Below are positions 39,951-49,018 of a DNA stretch of 54,550 nucleotides, in pieces. The notes under the pieces are model-generated. The model did no database searches. It was not told the origin of the DNA and worked only from the letters and a program-made list of their open reading frames with translations. The position numbers were made by a program, and so were the translations under genes. This DNA is from Fibrobacterales bacterium (GTDB lineage Bacteria; Fibrobacterota; Fibrobacteria; Fibrobacterales; JAOPTW01). Positions within the stretch are counted from its first letter, which is position 1; each line of letters starts with the position of its first letter. Location of the stretch: contig JAOPTW010000029.1 of the NCBI GenBank assembly GCA_051532035.1, positions 1 through 54,550 on the forward strand, read 5' to 3'.

Positions 39951-41459
39951 TTATTTACTATTAAAGTCATAAGAGCGTTCCCAGTCTGAGTCCGGCGGGT
40001 TATCCAAATAACATTCCGAACGGGTGATATAGATTTTTGATACACTATCATCTGGATATATTTGTAAGCATTCATTAAATACGTCGATAGCCATTATCCA
40101 TTTTCCTCTTTGGTATAACCTAAGAGCTTTTTCATATATTTCTAACAACTCTTTCTTAAGTTTTAGAGCCTCTTTTCCACCGCCCCCTATCACTTCATAT
40201 ATCAATTCTGGTTTTGACTTACCCTTCACTACAACTAGATCCAGCTCTCTAAATATTAAATTTTCATATGTACCCACCAAAGAGTTATAAATATTTGAGG
40301 AAACAATAATATCTACACCATAATAGGATGTGAGTGACTCAAGACGAGCCCCCACATTGACAACATCACCCAACACAGTAGAATCCATTCTGTCCTCACT
40401 TCCAACGGTACCTACCACCACCTCGCCACCATGGATTGCCACTCCGACCCGGAATTCTTCCAAATCATGTTGGACAGCCCATTTGTTATAAACGTATTGG
40501 GCATTTTGAATTTTGATTGCAGAAATTACCGCCTCATAGGAAGTATCGCTATTGTTACCCTCAAATAAAGCCATCACCTCATCACCAATAAATTTATCCA
40601 CAAACCCATTATGTTCATGAATAATAGATGAGATCTTTCGAAAATGAGAATTGAGCTGATCAAGCAATTCTTGAGGTGAGTATTTTTCAGATATAGAAGT
40701 AAAATTCCTAATATCTGAAAAAAGCACCGTTAAAAATTCTGTTTTTGCTCGACCAAATTGTATTCTATCAATTCCACCTTCAGAAATACGACTCAAAAAT
40801 TGTTTTGGTACAAACTTCTCAAACACCCGTGTTAATGCAGTTATTTTTTCTGACTCCGCCAATAAGTGCTTTGTAGATTTAAGCTCCAGAAAAGTCCTTC
40901 TTGTAATAGCCTGAGCACCCGTCATCAAAAACATCAAAAAGTATGCAGCAATATTCACCATCATATAATTGAGTAGTATAGTTGGATTTGAAACTATAGC
41001 ATCTTCATATCCTATAAATACTAACAGTGTAGCCATAGGGAAAAGGTAAAGTGCCTTAAATGGATGAGCGCCTAACCCATATATAACAGCACCAAAGATC
41101 AAACTACTTGCAGAATAAACATTACATTGATTATACACCATGTAAATATTAAAAAACACCACCATCACCCAGACCCAAGACAGTTCATAAAACCACTGGA
41201 CCCACAATGAAAATTTAAATTTCGGCAAAATATAATAGGTAGAAAATATTACAATCGTTAATACTCTCAGTTCCACCACTTCAACAAAGGGAGTATAATA
41301 ACCCAATATTACAAAGAAAAACACATGCCCTATTACCCCTGTAATTGACATAAAAGGAAGTAACTTCAAGAGAACATCATATTCTATATCACGATACAAA
41401 ACATGAATATACTTCATGACATCAATGCACTTCCTTATACTTCCACCGACAGACACCAT
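39951..41459 (-). CDS. membrane-bound class III adenylate cyclase with about 6-TM N-terminal sensor domain
   Basis: FSDIRNFT, DKFIGD, GTVGSEDRMDSTVLGDVVNVGARLE, VKGK; C-terminal TPR-like helix pair; hydrophobic N-terminal ~190 aa. Confidence 0.9.
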   Translation of the reverse strand: MVSVGGSIRKCIDVMKYIHVLYRDIEYDVLLKLLPFMSITGVIGHVFFFVILGYYTPFVEVVELRVLTIVIFSTYYILPKFKFSLWVQWFYELSWVWVMVVFFNIYMVYNQCNVYSASSLIFGAVIYGLGAHPFKALYLFPMATLLVFIGYEDAIVSNPTILLNYMMVNIAAYFLMFLMTGAQAITRRTFLELKSTKHLLAESEKITALTRVFEKFVPKQFLSRISEGGIDRIQFGRAKTEFLTVLFSDIRNFTSISEKYSPQELLDQLNSHFRKISSIIHEHNGFVDKFIGDEVMALFEGNNSDTSYEAVISAIKIQNAQYVYNKWAVQHDLEEFRVGVAIHGGEVVVGTVGSEDRMDSTVLGDVVNVGARLESLTSYYGVDIIVSSNIYNSLVGTYENLIFRELDLVVVKGKSKPELIYEVIGGGGKEALKLKKELLEIYEKALRLYQRGKWIMAIDVFNECLQIYPDDSVSKIYITRSECYLDNPPDSDWERSYDFNSK

Positions 41460-41666
41460 TAACTAAAACTTCAAATGATACATCACTACCAGTATAGTAC
41501 TATTTTCTAATAATTACCATCTCCCCAATCTACTCAATACATGGCTTCTTACCACCCTTGAATATATTTCGAGCACACATACCCTTTGCAAAAAGACTAA
41601 TGGTCAGTAGCGGTGTTGTACCAGCTGACGAAACCTTATGCTGCAGGCAAAGTACTCGATGTGGAA

Positions 41667-42395
41667 TTAACCCTCTGCATCTTCAGCCCCCTGATAGACC
41701 CCTTTGAGCATATGCCACTTTGGGCCAAATCCATCCATTCTCTTAAGCTTAAAATTATTTGACCGTAACGCACGCTTCACCACACCCGCTGCGGTAAATG
41801 TTGCAATTGTTGAACCTTTTTTAGATTTTTTACCTATGGCCTCATATACAGAGTCAGACCACATATCTGGATTTTTTTTAGGATCAAACCCATCAAGATA
41901 CCACGCATCTACTTCATCGGGGATGTCCTCCAAGCAATCAGCAACATCAGAAAAAATGAGTGTTAAGTGCACTTTCCCGCCGTCAAAATAAAGATCATAT
42001 TTCCCTGGATTACAATCTGGGTAGACTTCAAGAAATTCATTTGAGAGTTCTTTGAGTTCATCCCATCGTTCAAGAATTGTGATTAAATTCTCTTTTCCAA
42101 TGGGGAATTTTTCCATAGAAATAAAATGAAGCGGAGCAGTGGCTGTTTTACGCCATAAATCCCATGTTGCCAGAAAATTAAGACCTGTTCCAAAACCGAA
42201 CTCAGTCACAACAAAGGGTTCAACACCAACCCATCGTTCAGTAAGGTCATTATGTTTTAGAAAAACATATCGCGACTCTTCGAGCCCATCCTTAATAGAA
42301 TAGTATACATCATCAAAGGAATTTGAGACAAGTCGCCCCCCTTCTTCAAGGAGAAGGTCGGGCTTTTCAATTGAATATTCTGAACGGTCAGTCAT
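41667..42395 (-). CDS. mnmD: tRNA mnm5s2U34 methyltransferase, standalone MnmC N-terminal domain
   Basis: FDDVYYS..GLEESRYVFL, EFGFGTGLNFL, DAWYLDGFDPKKNPDMW, TFTAAG. Confidence 0.9.
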   Translation of the reverse strand: MTDRSEYSIEKPDLLLEEGGRLVSNSFDDVYYSIKDGLEESRYVFLKHNDLTERWVGVEPFVVTEFGFGTGLNFLATWDLWRKTATAPLHFISMEKFPIGKENLITILERWDELKELSNEFLEVYPDCNPGKYDLYFDGGKVHLTLIFSDVADCLEDIPDEVDAWYLDGFDPKKNPDMWSDSVYEAIGKKSKKGSTIATFTAAGVVKRALRSNNFKLKRMDGFGPKWHMLKGVYQGAEDAEG

Positions 42396-42415
42396 ATTTT
42401 ATCTTCCTGCGAACG

Positions 42416-42449
42416 TGTGAACCTTATCACACTTGTGATAAACAACACA
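42416..42449. promoter_or_regulatory. tandem CRP-type boxes
   Basis: TGTGA-acctta-TCACA (42416-42431, perfect) and TGTGA-taaaca-ACACA (42434-42449); TATAAT at 42471-42476. Confidence 0.75.
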
Positions 42450-42506
42450 CACAAATGGAATTGAATTTTGTATAATCACTAGTATAGATTTAACAAGCGC
42501 CCCAGT

Positions 42507-42740
42507 ATGAAACCGCTCACGACTAAATATAAAAACATTGAGTATCTCAGCAAGAAGAGCTATCGCGATTTCAATAACTTTAGTTCGACACTCAAAAAAG
42601 AGATCGATTTTCTTATCGAGCACCCTAAAGGTCATGTCCATATAAAACAGAAAACGTCTGAGCCCACTTACTCACCCATGTGGGCTTTTGTTGTAGCCGC
42701 CATCCCACTCGTTGCAATTATCGTCTTATCACAACAATAA
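42507..42740 (+). CDS. small hypothetical protein with C-terminal TM anchor
   Basis: 77 aa ending MWAFVVAAIPLVAIIVLSQQ; has its own promoter and terminator. Confidence 0.6.
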   Translation: MKPLTTKYKNIEYLSKKSYRDFNNFSSTLKKEIDFLIEHPKGHVHIKQKTSEPTYSPMWAFVVAAIPLVAIIVLSQQ

Positions 42741-42756
42741 TATATTGATTATATAA

Positions 42757-42795
42757 ATAGAAAGAGCCTTGTCCAAAAGACGAGGCTCTTTCTAT
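42757..42795. terminator. bidirectional terminator
   Basis: ATAGAAAGAGCCTTGTC-caaaa-GACGAGGCTCTTTCTAT. Confidence 0.8.
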
Positions 42796-42827
42796 AAAAA
42801 AAATTGAGAGTTGGTACTTTTTAAAAA

Positions 42828-43322
42828 TCAGATATCACGTTCAAAGTTTACGAATGAATATTCACACTCATCTTTTTCACTCTTGGGAAAGGGGCCATCA
42901 CGATACACCTCTTTCCACCCTTCACCAAGGTTGGTGAGGAATATATCCGCTTCAAATGATTGATGTACTTCCGTTAGATAGAGTTTACCACAATGAGGAA
43001 GTGCCATATCATAGATTTGAGCCCCACCAATAATAAACGCTTCACTTTCACCATTATCTTTAGCAACCTGAATCGCCTCATCTAGTGAATGGACAACAAC
43101 ACATCCTTCAGCTCTATAGTCCTTTTGTCGAGTTATAATAACCGTTGTTCTGTTGGGGAGCGGCCGTCCAATATCTTCATAATTTTTTCGACCGGTAATA
43201 ATATGATGACCCGTCGTAATCTCTTTAAATCGTTTCAAATCTTTAGAGAGGCGCCAAATGAGCGAATTATCTTTGCCAATAGCTCCATTCTCAGCTACTG
43301 CGACAATTGTTGAGAGCATCAT
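42828..43322 (-). CDS. folA: dihydrofolate reductase
   Basis: [32 protein letters not shown]. Confidence 0.96.
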   Translation of the reverse strand: MMLSTIVAVAENGAIGKDNSLIWRLSKDLKRFKEITTGHHIITGRKNYEDIGRPLPNRTTVIITRQKDYRAEGCVVVHSLDEAIQVAKDNGESEAFIIGGAQIYDMALPHCGKLYLTEVHQSFEADIFLTNLGEGWKEVYRDGPFPKSEKDECEYSFVNFERDI

Positions 43323-44113
43323 ATTGCAACAGCCCCTTTAATATGAGGGTGCGACTCATACCCTACGAGCTCAAAGTCGTCAAAGGTGAAGTCAAAGATA
43401 TTGGTAATATCTGGATTGATCTTCATCTGAGGAAGTGGCTTTAGGTCGCGACTGAGTTGGAGCTTTACTTGTTCAAAATGGTTAGTATAAATATGAGCAT
43501 CACCAATAGTGTGTACAAAATCACCCACTTCAAGTCCACACACTTGAGCCATCATCATGGTAAGAAGGGCATAGGATGCAATATTAAAAGGCACCCCAAG
43601 AAAGGTATCGGCAGAACGTTGATAGAGCTGACATGAGAGTTTTCCATCCGCCACATAGAACTGAAAAAACATGTGGCACGGTGGTAGCGCCATATTGGGA
43701 ATCTCTGCGACATTCCATGCATTGACAATAAGACGGCGGGAATCCGGATTCGTTTTAATCTGTTCAACCACATCAGAGATCTGATCAATGGTTTCGCCAT
43801 TGGCACCTTTCCATGAGCGCCACTGCACTCCATAGACCGGACCAAGATCGCCGTTTTCATCAGCCCACTCGTTCCAAATGCGCACCCCATTATCCTGGAG
43901 GTACTTAATATTTGAATCACCTTTAAGAAACCAAAGCAGTTCATGAACAATCGATTTAAGATGAAGCTTCTTAGTGGTCACCATAGGGAACCCTTGAGAG
44001 AGATCAAAACGCATTTGATGTCCAAAGACACTTACCGTTCCGGTTCCGGTTCGATCCTCTTTTTTCACGCCTTCATCGAGTATTCTCTGAATTAGATCCA
44101 AATATTGTTTCAT
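43319..44113 (-). CDS. thyA: thymidylate synthase
   Basis: [41 protein letters not shown]. Confidence 0.98.
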   Translation of the reverse strand: MKQYLDLIQRILDEGVKKEDRTGTGTVSVFGHQMRFDLSQGFPMVTTKKLHLKSIVHELLWFLKGDSNIKYLQDNGVRIWNEWADENGDLGPVYGVQWRSWKGANGETIDQISDVVEQIKTNPDSRRLIVNAWNVAEIPNMALPPCHMFFQFYVADGKLSCQLYQRSADTFLGVPFNIASYALLTMMMAQVCGLEVGDFVHTIGDAHIYTNHFEQVKLQLSRDLKPLPQMKINPDITNIFDFTFDDFELVGYESHPHIKGAVAI

Positions 44114-44200
44114 GGGAGAGTCCTGAAAAATTTCTCCCCGAAAATATAGTAAATGGCACCAAACTAACGACTTTTGACTCAGGCTTAATCACCTTCAAGA

Positions 44201-44650
44201 TTAGCCTTCTATGGTTGGCACCACTAACACCGGTCTATCGGCTTTTTCAACAACCGATTTATAGATCATTCCCTGAAATCCACTCCGCTTATGACATCCA
44301 ACAATTATCAAATCGACTTCCAAATCACGTGCTTGTTTGAGTATTTCCACAACCGGCTCACCACGAGTTACCATTCCTGTGGCCATGAGACCTAGAGCCT
44401 TAAGGCGTTTGATTTCTGTATTGAGAAGTTCGCCTTGTTCTTCAAAAGCACGTTCTTGTTGACGATACATTTCAGTTTGGTCAATTGCGACATTCCCCAC
44501 ACCTTCGGTGTCCCAGTAGAGGGTCTCGAATTCACTTCCCGATACATGAATTAAAAAAAGTTCAGCCCCTTTTGACCGCGCCCACTTTTCGGCTTCTACC
44601 AGAGATTGACTTCTTGGTGTAATGCTGTTATAGGCTACCACTATTTTCAT
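44201..44650 (-). CDS. universal stress protein
   Basis: MKIVVAY, GEPVVEIL, DLIIVG, PVLVVP; ATG 44650 with GGAGG. Confidence 0.85.
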   Translation of the reverse strand: MKIVVAYNSITPRSQSLVEAEKWARSKGAELFLIHVSGSEFETLYWDTEGVGNVAIDQTEMYRQQERAFEEQGELLNTEIKRLKALGLMATGMVTRGEPVVEILKQARDLEVDLIIVGCHKRSGFQGMIYKSVVEKADRPVLVVPTIEG

Positions 44651-44771
44651 TGGGTCCTCCACAAACTAAGCCTTCACTTAATTCTATTGTAAGTTTGGCA
44701 TTCTTTCAAGTAGTTCTTGAGGTTTAGAGAGAAGAAACTACCTTTCATTGTGACCCTCAACCGGAGAGATT

Positions 44772-45227
44772 ATGCCTCAAAAAGATAAACTAGAAGAGCT
44801 TTTTCGCCTTCAAACAGCACTGAACAACCATGTTTTTCAAAAACAGGGCCTCAAATCCGTCGATGGCTCCGCAATGACTATGGAAAAACTGTTAAGCGAG
44901 GGTCAAACTACAGACAAAATCGGTCCTAATACCAACACTAATACTTGGCTTGGAAAGTTTCTAGAGGCTATGGATGATGAGTCTCGCGAACTCAAAGATG
45001 AACTTCTCTGGAAATGGTGGTCAAAAGATAGCCTCGACATGCAAAATATTCGCGTCGAGATCGTCGACCAACTTCATTTTTGGATCTCCCTTGCCCTTTC
45101 TGCAGGAATGGATGCCGATAAAGTATTCGATATCTATTACCAAAAAAATCTCGTCAATATTGAGCGCCAAGAGAAGGGCTACAATAAAAACGACAAAACA
45201 GAAGCCGACAATAAAGTTATTGAATAA
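44772..45227 (+). CDS. dimeric all-alpha dUTPase (dUTPase_2/MazG-like)
   Basis: E..EL...L.WKWW, EIVDQLHF, Y..KN..N..RQ..GY; next to thyA-folA. Confidence 0.8.
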   Translation: MPQKDKLEELFRLQTALNNHVFQKQGLKSVDGSAMTMEKLLSEGQTTDKIGPNTNTNTWLGKFLEAMDDESRELKDELLWKWWSKDSLDMQNIRVEIVDQLHFWISLALSAGMDADKVFDIYYQKNLVNIERQEKGYNKNDKTEADNKVIE

Positions 45228-45253
45228 CAGATATCTTCAAAATAGTTATACAC

Positions 45254-45286
45254 GGGTTACCACTCCAGTAGAGGTAACCCTTTTTC
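45254..45286 (+). terminator. intrinsic terminator
   Basis: GGGTTACC...GGTAACCC followed by TTTTT. Confidence 0.75.
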
Positions 45287-45380
45287 TTTACCCAAAAACA
45301 CCCTTACAGCCACTCAATAAGCACTTAATTGGTGTACGATCACCATTAATTTGACTTTTTTTCATTTTTTTTGACTTTGA

Positions 45381-45423
45381 TGTGACACCTATCACATACA
45401 TAATCGTTTAACTCTTGTACATT
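45381..45423 (+). promoter_or_regulatory. CRP box plus -10 element (class II geometry)
   Basis: TGTGA-caccta-TCACA (45381-45396, perfect); TACATT at 45418-45423. Confidence 0.75.
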
Positions 45424-45453
45424 AACTGTAATTATCAATGAAACGAGGAAAAA

Positions 45454-47316
45454 ATGAAATATTTATCCCTAATTGCCTTAACAGTCCCGCTCTTTTTTGG
45501 TGGCTGTTTACTTGAACAAGCTGAACCAGAAACTGAAATTAAAGACGTATCTGCAGGCCTTGACCCATCAATCAACTGTGGCGATGTTCCAGAAGACAAA
45601 CAAGAAGAGGCTGACGCACTTGTTGAAAAGGCCAATGACAAAGCCATTCGTGAGATGGAAGATATGTTTAATGCCGATAGCTGGGACGAGGCAACTATCA
45701 ATGCTCCAACAGGTGCATTATCTCTCTACAATCAAGCACTTGAAGTTGCCCCTACTCACTGTGGCGCCCTCTTTGGAAAAGCACTCGCTTCGATGATGGT
45801 GCTCACTCAAGATGATGGCCTCAATGATTTTATTGATAAAATGGAAGAGACTGCTGTTGTTGAAAGCAGAGAAGAGTCAATGCCTTCTGTTAATGACGAA
45901 ATACAGATAAACAGTAGCATTGGTAACCCAACACTCAACGTAACTCCAGAAGAAGCACCAACCTTTTTACTCAAAACATCTGCAAAGCTTTCTGAAGCCG
46001 ATCCTGTTACAATTCAAGATCTTCAGACCGTTATCGCAAATTCGATCCTCCCAGAAGTAAATGCATCTATCTCACGCCTCTCTGCAATTCTTGCCGCAGA
46101 CGATTTTGAATTCAATTTTACAATTCGTAAAGGCGACTACAATGAACAAACAATCCAAATTGACCACGGTGAAGTAGGCCCTATGCTTGCAGGGCTGAGA
46201 GTCTTTAAATCATTTCTTATTGTGATACTCGCTCACGAATTAGATTTTTCTGATAACGGTTCTTATGAATGGATCAATACCATTGGCGACATCGACGATG
46301 AAGACTTTGACGACCTCAGTAGCAAGGAACGCGCTGCCCTCGATCACCTTACCGGACTCTTTTCTAAAAACTCATCTTTTACCGCCATTAAACCAGGCTA
46401 TGCTAAAGCATTCTCAGAGATTCCTAGCGAACTTCTTCAGGCACTCAACGATGTGAAAACAGGGCTTACCTACGGTATTAACGAAGCAAAATCATCTGAA
46501 AACACCCAAGAGAATGACATTTATGTTGTTGGAACAGGTATTGATGCAGATGTAGATCCACAAGACCTTCAAACTGCTGTTGATCAAATGGAACATTTCG
46601 AAAAGTACTTTACCGGAACAGTACCAATTACATATGCAAAAGGAAACAAAACACTCCAAGTAAATTTCCCTGCTCTCTTTAAACGTACCAGCAATATTCA
46701 GAGCTTTTTCCCTTATCATAAAATCAACCCATACGAAGAGTGGAATGATGTTATCAGTGCAGATACAATGTGGAAAACTATCAATCTTGACAATTATGAA
46801 TACAATGACGATATCTCGTGTTCTATGAAAGAAAAAAATGGACAATTTTCTATTCTGTGTATCGAAGATGGTGATGAAGACTGGGATTATACAAGCTATG
46901 ATTATTGCAAAGAGTCTTCGCGAAATAATGAATGGAAATGTATCTATAACTCAAGCTGGGATATCGATGAACGTCAAAAAGGCCCATTCTATTTTACTGA
47001 TGCCGCTGGCAACAAAACATTTGGCCCGGGTGATGATACACCCGATGATATATCTGATCTCAAAGGTACAATTGTATTCCCTGACCCTACCTTTGGCGGA
47101 ATCTTCCCTAACCTCACCAATGACAACATCTTTGACTACATTGAGTCACTAGAAGATATTTCACCATACGATGCACGTGATTGCGGGTACGAAGATTATA
47201 CTGATCCTGACAACAACTATACCTATGATCGCTGGACATGTCATACCAATCCTCTTCCAGCAAATCCATCAGATCTCGATAGACTTCTTTTTATATTTTC
47301 AAGTTTTGATGACTAA
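45454..47316 (+). CDS. acidic lipoprotein of unknown function
   Basis: Lipobox LFFGGC, one TPR-like segment, Cys- and Asp-rich C-terminal region. Confidence 0.75.
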   Translation: MKYLSLIALTVPLFFGGCLLEQAEPETEIKDVSAGLDPSINCGDVPEDKQEEADALVEKANDKAIREMEDMFNADSWDEATINAPTGALSLYNQALEVAPTHCGALFGKALASMMVLTQDDGLNDFIDKMEETAVVESREESMPSVNDEIQINSSIGNPTLNVTPEEAPTFLLKTSAKLSEADPVTIQDLQTVIANSILPEVNASISRLSAILAADDFEFNFTIRKGDYNEQTIQIDHGEVGPMLAGLRVFKSFLIVILAHELDFSDNGSYEWINTIGDIDDEDFDDLSSKERAALDHLTGLFSKNSSFTAIKPGYAKAFSEIPSELLQALNDVKTGLTYGINEAKSSENTQENDIYVVGTGIDADVDPQDLQTAVDQMEHFEKYFTGTVPITYAKGNKTLQVNFPALFKRTSNIQSFFPYHKINPYEEWNDVISADTMWKTINLDNYEYNDDISCSMKEKNGQFSILCIEDGDEDWDYTSYDYCKESSRNNEWKCIYNSSWDIDERQKGPFYFTDAAGNKTFGPGDDTPDDISDLKGTIVFPDPTFGGIFPNLTNDNIFDYIESLEDISPYDARDCGYEDYTDPDNNYTYDRWTCHTNPLPANPSDLDRLLFIFSSFDD

Positions 47317-47338
47317 TAGATCAATCCAATAATTATAC

Positions 47339-47367
47339 AGCTGGCTCTTACAGAGCCAGCTTTTTTT
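47339..47367 (+). terminator. intrinsic terminator
   Basis: AGCTGGCTCT-tac-AGAGCCAGCT followed by a T-run. Confidence 0.8.
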
Positions 47368-47386
47368 ATTTAACTATCTTTATACT

Positions 47387-48916
47387 ATGCAGAGACTACT
47401 CCTATTATTGATACTCCTTAACTGCTACCCGCTTTTTGCGATAGTCCCTCTCTTTGAATCACTCGCACTCCCTAAACAACTCATCCTCCCTTATCACAAT
47501 CCATCAATACACAACCCACTCTATCATCTTTCAACGTTCGACACTCTTAACTACGCATTTAACTATCACGATGATAACATTTTATATACAAGTACCAGTC
47601 ACATTCAATCAACCTCCTATAGCCATGAACTCTTTTTAAAAATAGAACGCCTCGGCACCATCTATGGCGGTCTCAGCTCATACTCCGCATCCCTTGACTA
47701 TACCAAGCTCGATACCGACACCCTCTCTCTTACTCACTACAATCACCAAAAACATATGGGCCTCTATCTCCAAGGCTATACCCCTTTTATAGGAAAGTTC
47801 GAGTATCAGAGTAACGGCACAGTGACGGCTGGTCTTGGTATTGCCGACCATCTTCTTATTGAAGGCAGCTATCACTCAGAGCTTAAAGAGGACTCTCTCC
47901 ATTTATGGAATAAGGCATTTCGTATCAATGGGTACCCTGCTATACATGGCATTTACAGAGCGCTCAATGAGGAAATAACTCTCAAAGCACACGGCGCATA
48001 CCAAAGACACTTTCTCTCCACCTTCTATAGCGAAGCCCTTTCGAAACCCTCACAGGACAACATCAGTGAAAGTTCTACCGATCAGTCTCACTATTGGCTT
48101 GCTGATTCTTCATCATCACACTCCTATGGTGCAACATACCACTATACCCCGCTGAGCTCAGACACTCGCTACCGTGGCTCCTTTACCAGAAAAAAAGGGA
48201 CAACAACAACCATGGGTTTTAGACAAAATGCCACTGACTCATTCGGGACCAATACCAAGAAATACCACCATGCCGATTTTTCTCACGACGTTATTGATAC
48301 CCGCCTGAGTGTCACACTCTCATCTACAGGATTCATAGACTCATTCACCTTTGGAGGGTCGTACCTCTCATATAACATTGCAACCAATAATACCGACAGA
48401 GGTAATCGACTCAACGATTTTTTGAGGTATAATACTCTCTTCCCTTCTCAGTTGAGCACCATCCTCGTTAGTAGTTATTTTAATCAGAGTGACTTTGTGA
48501 CCAGCTCACTTTCCATAAAACAGTACACTCTTCCCTTATCAATAACCCATTCATCTGGCTATGGTATAGCAGCCTTAAGCACCCCCTTCTCGTTCCATAC
48601 TCTTGATGGCTCACTCACCCGCGAGACCTACACCATACCTACCTTCTTTTTAAGTTCTCCAATCCTAAACAATGCTACTACGTTTACCCTCACCGGCACA
48701 TTCCTCACGATTCCACTCCAAGTATCCTACGCCTACAAGCTCGGCACAGTTACCCTTTCGATTACTGTCAATCAAATTATTCCTGTATGGAATTCCATTG
48801 AAGTATTAGACCCCCAGCAGGACAACTCATCTCAGCCCCTTACAGTAAGTAACAGCGACTACTCAATCACTAAAAATGGATTCTCTGCAGCTTACTCAGC
48901 AAAAATCTCTTTTTAA
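47387..48916 (+). CDS. putative outer-membrane beta-barrel
   Basis: Signal peptide, S/T/Y-rich alternating strands, C-terminal beta-signal AYSAKISF. Confidence 0.6.
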   Translation: MQRLLLLLILLNCYPLFAIVPLFESLALPKQLILPYHNPSIHNPLYHLSTFDTLNYAFNYHDDNILYTSTSHIQSTSYSHELFLKIERLGTIYGGLSSYSASLDYTKLDTDTLSLTHYNHQKHMGLYLQGYTPFIGKFEYQSNGTVTAGLGIADHLLIEGSYHSELKEDSLHLWNKAFRINGYPAIHGIYRALNEEITLKAHGAYQRHFLSTFYSEALSKPSQDNISESSTDQSHYWLADSSSSHSYGATYHYTPLSSDTRYRGSFTRKKGTTTTMGFRQNATDSFGTNTKKYHHADFSHDVIDTRLSVTLSSTGFIDSFTFGGSYLSYNIATNNTDRGNRLNDFLRYNTLFPSQLSTILVSSYFNQSDFVTSSLSIKQYTLPLSITHSSGYGIAALSTPFSFHTLDGSLTRETYTIPTFFLSSPILNNATTFTLTGTFLTIPLQVSYAYKLGTVTLSITVNQIIPVWNSIEVLDPQQDNSSQPLTVSNSDYSITKNGFSAAYSAKISF

Positions 48917-48990
48917 CTGAACAATTGGTCATTTTATTATTGACTCCTCCTCATTTCGGTGATATATTTTAGATGACCAGCTGGTTAGTT
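48915..48990 (+). promoter_or_regulatory. sigma70 promoter flanked by two putative TetR operators
   Basis: TTGACT(48940)-17 bp-TATATT(48963); ATGACCAATTGTTCAGTT (minus, 48915-48932) and ATGACCAGCTGGTTAGTT (plus, 48973-48990). Confidence 0.65.
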
Positions 48991-49018
48991 AAAAAAAGTA
49001 TGAGGAAACAAGAAGAGC

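Noticed and set aside
41580..41655. c-di-GMP-I riboswitch or hammerhead ribozyme
   Set aside because: GTAGCGG..GTT..ACC and CTGACGA look suggestive, but the GCAAA/GAAA-tetraloop 5' half and the hammerhead stem order are missing
38232..41666. prophage or integrative element at tRNA-Glu
   Set aside because: No integrase, phage genes or duplicated tRNA 3' end seen
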